Below the pieces are notes generated by a model that did no database searches, was not told the DNA's origin, and worked only from the letters and a program-made list of their open reading frames with translations. Below, piece by piece: positions 60,600 through 64,000 of a stretch of DNA of 64,000 nucleotides; within the stretch, counting starts at the first letter, position 1; each line of letters opens with the position of its first letter. The stretch is taken from the NCBI RefSeq assembly GCF_048593235.1, contig NC_133622.1:252282055-252346054 (forward strand), written 5' to 3'. Source of the stretch: Sminthopsis crassicaudata. Taxonomy: Eukaryota. The translations under genes were made by a program, and so were the position numbers.

Positions 60600-61750
60600 G
60601 AGGGGCTCCCAGGGCTGGACCCAAGCGAACAACTCCCGCGGACCGCCAAGGGGGCAGCAGCCGGGAAAGCCTCCCAAAGGAGCGGACTTCTTAACTGCGG
60701 CGTCCTGGTGGATCCGGCGGGAGCCATCGAGGCAGCGCCCCCTCCCCCACGTGAACCGATTCCAGCGGAACGGGGGAAGCTGCGGCTACTCTGAGGTGCC
60801 TGGGGCGGACTGAGCCAAGGTGGGAAAGACCCCCGACCTCCCCGGCTGCGCGAGTGCCTTTGGGGCTTGCCCCCGCGGGGATTAGCGTGCCGGCGCCCCT
60901 CCCGCTGCCGTCCCCGCGAAGGCCCGGGAACCAGCCCGGCTGCCCCCATTTCGTAACTGGAAACTTCCCCCGCAGTCCCGGCGCGGGAGGGGAGGCGGAG
61001 GCCCGGGGAGCGGGGCGCGGGGTCCGAGGGGCCGGAGGACCTGCGCGTGGGCGGAGCGGCTGAGTGACTGATGGGATTAGGTCCCCGGCCCCGCCCGGGC
61101 GGAGGCCGCTCCGAGGCTTTTTAGCCTCGGACGCCGGCGGTGACTCCGCCGGCCGGGAAGCGAGCGCAGCAGATCCGACCGGAGGCGGACCAAGCGGAAG
61201 TGAACCACGGGACCCAGCCCGCCCGCCGGACCGCACCGAGCCGCCTGCCCCGAACGGGGCGCCCGGGACGCCAAGGTTCGGGACTGACGCGATCGGGCCG
61301 GGGAGGGGCCCCGGAGCGCGCCCCCGGGGCCCGGCCGAACTCGAACTCCCACAAGCCCCCAGGAAGGACGCCACCTCCCTTCCGGGCCGTGTAGGCGGGG
61401 GGAGGTGGCGGAGCGGGCCGGCTCGGGGTGACCGTGACGCCCTCACGCTGAGGCGCACGCGCTCGGCCGGCCCGGCGGGCGGGGGGACGCGGGGGGACGC
61501 GGAGGGACGCGGGGGGACGCGGGGCGCCGGCCTCCGGGCCGCCATGGCGGCGGTGTTCGATATTGACCTGGAGACCGAAGAAGGCAGCGAGGGCGACGGC
61601 GAGCCGGAGCTCAGCCCTGCGGTAAGGCGCGGCCCGCTCCCCTCCCGGCCTCAGTTTACCCGTCAGAGAAGTGAGGGCGCTGGGCTCGAGAGGCCCCGTC
61701 CGGGAGGGAGGGAGCGGAGGCTGCTCACAGCCGGGCCCGGGGCTCCCTCC
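60600..61750. promoter_or_regulatory. RPS6KB2 CpG-island promoter (ETS GCGGAAGTG at 61194-61202)
   Basis: CpG-dense region upstream of and around coding exon 1. Confidence 0.7.
61481..61524 (+). repeat. 10-bp tandem repeat (GGGGGGACGC) x4 in the RPS6KB2 leader
   Basis: Units at 61481, 61491, 61501 (one mismatch) and 61511. Confidence 0.9.
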
Positions 61751-63947
61751 TGGGGCCCTCGGGGTTCTCGGGCTCCGCTTTACCGCTGTCAGCTCTAAGT
61801 TCCCAAGTTTCCCCTGGATCTCTGGCCTGACACTCCTGAGCTCCGAGCCTCCCCCTGCTCTGACACTCCGTTCTGAGCTTCCTCCCTGATCTCTGGGCTC
61901 TGTTCTGAAACTGTCAGTTCTAAGTTCCCAAGTTTCTCTTTGATCTCTGATCTGACACTCCTGGGTTCTGAGGTTCCCCTTACTCTGACACTAAGTTCTG
62001 AACTTCCTCCCTGATCTCTGGGTTCTGAGGTTCCCCTTACTCTGACACTAAGTTCTGAAGTTCCTCCCTGATCTCTGGGCTCTGTTCTGAAACTGTCAGT
62101 TCTAAGTTCTGAAGTTTCTCTTTGATCTCTGTTCTGACACTCCTGGGTTCTGAGGTTCCCCTTACTCTGACACTAAGTTCTGAAGTTCCTCCCTGATCTC
62201 TGGGTTCTGAGGTTCCCCTTACTCTGACACTCCGTTCTGAAGTTCCTCCCTGATCTCTGGGCTCTGTTCTGAAACTGTCAGTTCTAAGTTCCCAAGTTTC
62301 TCTTTGATCTCTGATCTGACACTCCTGGGTTCTGAGGTTCCCCTTACTCTGACACTAAGTTCTGAACTTCCTCCCTGATCTCTGGGTTCTGAGGTTCCCC
62401 TTACTCTGACACTAAGTTCTGAAGTTCCTCCCTGATCTCTGGGCTCTGTTCTGAAACTGTCAGTTCTAAGTTCTGAAGTTTCTCTTTGATCTCTGTTCTG
62501 ACACTCCTGGGTTCTGAGGTTCCCCTTACTCTGACACTAAGTTCTGAAGTTCCTCCCTGATCTCTGGGTTCTGAGGTTCCCCTTACTCTGACACTCCGTT
62601 CTGAAGTTCCTCCCTGATCTCTGGGCTCTGTTCTGAAACTGTCAGTTCTAAGTTCCCAAGTTTCTCTTTGATCTCTGATCTGTCACTCCTGGGTTCTGAG
62701 GTTCCCCTTACTCTGACACTAAGTTCTGAAGTTCCTCCCTGATCTCTGGGCTCTGTTCTGAAACTTAGTTCTAAGTTCCCAAGTTTCTCTTTGATCTCTG
62801 TTCTGACACTCCTGGGTTCTGAGGTTCCCCTTACTCTGACACTAAGTTCTGAAATTCCTCCCTGATCTCTGGGTTCTGAGGTTCCCCTTACTCTGACACT
62901 AAGTTCTGAACTTCCTCCCTGATCTCTGGGCTCTGTTCTGAAACTGTCAGTTCTAAGTTCTGAAGTTTCTCTTTGATCTCTGTTCTGACACTCCTGGGTT
63001 CTGAGGCCCGTCTTACTCTGATACTATGTTCTAAGCTCTAAGTTCCTCCTTCCTTTGCTACTCCGGTTCTGAGGTCTTCCTCTGCCTCCATACTCCGCGT
63101 TCTACATTCTAGTCGTCTCCTCTTTCCATGCTCTGCGCTCTCATCCTGGGCTTGGCCCTCATCATTCTTGGGGGAGATCCCTTTGCCCTGACAGGGACTG
63201 GGCTAAATTCCGAGCCCCCCCCCTGCCCCTCAGCATGCTGAGGGGGCTGCTCAGAGTTCCCTCCCCGGCTGTCTGACATCCTGCTTTATCTGATCTGCAT
63301 TCTCCTTCAGTCCCAGTGTTCCAGGGTTCCGGGCCTCCAGCCCCTCTGCTGAGGCTTCTCTCCTGCATCTTTGGGCTGCGAGTCAGGCCCCCCCTTCCTC
63401 CAGTTTCCCCCGGGGCTCTCTTCTAGCAGCTTTGCTAGCCCCCTGCGTGTCTGTATGGCCTCCTTCACCCCCCAGCTCAGGACTCCAGGGTTCCTATTCC
63501 CCAGACGCTCCCCCATCCCCTCCTCCGACCTTATCTGGGCTTCCCTCTCACCTCCCTTGCCTCGTGCCGTGGCTGGTCTCCCTTATTCCAGTCCCTGGTT
63601 GGGCTTGGGTCCCTCTGAACACTCTGAGCAGATTATGGGAGCTGAAAGGAAGAAGTCCTTAAGTTCAGTCATCCCATTTTTCTACTGAGGAAACTGAGGC
63701 AGAAAGACTTGCCCAGAGTCATATGGCTAGTTAAGTGTCAGGAGCTGGAGTTGAGTGTCCGGAGTTTGGTGGGCTACCCACGATGCCATGCTGCTTCTCA
63801 GTCACCGCCTTCCTATCGCCTTGCTCTCAGGCCTGGGGCCCTGGTGTGGGGGTCTGGGGTCCGGGGTGACCGTCAGGGCCAGGACACTGACCTCCACTTT
63901 CTCTCCCAGGATATGGACCCGGATTTGAGGACAGCTGCTTGTTTGGA
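61544..63947 (+). CDS. RPS6KB2: Ribosomal protein S6 kinase B2, coding exons 1-2 (partial; gene continues right of the window)
   Basis: Exon 61544-61621 reads gccgccATG MAAVFDIDLETEEGSEGDGEPELSPA|gtaagg and includes the TOS-like motif FDIDL. Exon 63910-63947 reads DMDPDLRTAACL-E|gtgagt. Syntenic position after CARNS1. Confidence 0.92.
61786..63047 (+). repeat. Hierarchical minisatellite in RPS6KB2 intron 1 (57-bp module, 125/182-bp units, 364-bp higher-order repeat)
   Basis: The ctgtcagttctaag anchor recurs at 61786, 61911, 62093, 62275, 62457, 62639, about 62764 and 62944. Confidence 0.95.
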
Positions 63948-64000
63948 GTGAGTAGGCTGGAGATGGAGCCTGGTCTGGGGAAGGAAGGGGGGGGTGGGTT

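Overview
Eukaryotic genomic DNA from a marsupial, probably a dasyurid: it carries WSINE1/MAR-type CORE-SINEs and marsupial L1 3' ends. The region is syntenic with human 11q13.2. I reconstructed spliced genes by hand from GT-AG boundaries and recognisable protein sequence. In order: CLCF1 (minus strand, coding exon 1 only; the rest lies left of the window), about 19 kb of intergenic DNA with an orphan CpG island and nested retroelements, RAD9A (+, 11 exons, 370 aa), PPP1CA (-, 7 exons, 330 aa, tail-to-tail with RAD9A), TBC1D10C (+, 9 coding exons, 446 aa, head-to-head with PPP1CA), CARNS1 (+, 9 coding exons, 955 aa) and the first two coding exons of RPS6KB2 (+). There are five N-gaps, several tandem arrays (45 bp, 32 bp, 157 bp, 40 bp and a hierarchical 57/182/364 bp array), a solo LTR and L1/L2/L3/SINE remnants. 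I found no tRNA, rRNA or CRISPR array, and I cannot demonstrate a wholly new biological system from sequence alone. The best leads are: an in-phase alternative coding first exon for CLCF1; a four-E-box cluster in the RAD9A promoter; an L1-derived VNTR that is open on both strands; a nested L1/LTR locus whose gap content can be predicted; loss of the CARNS1 short-isoform start codon together with an intronic promoter-like cassette; and several promoter-like modules with no assigned gene. Comparisons with human proteins are from memory and should be re-checked by alignment.
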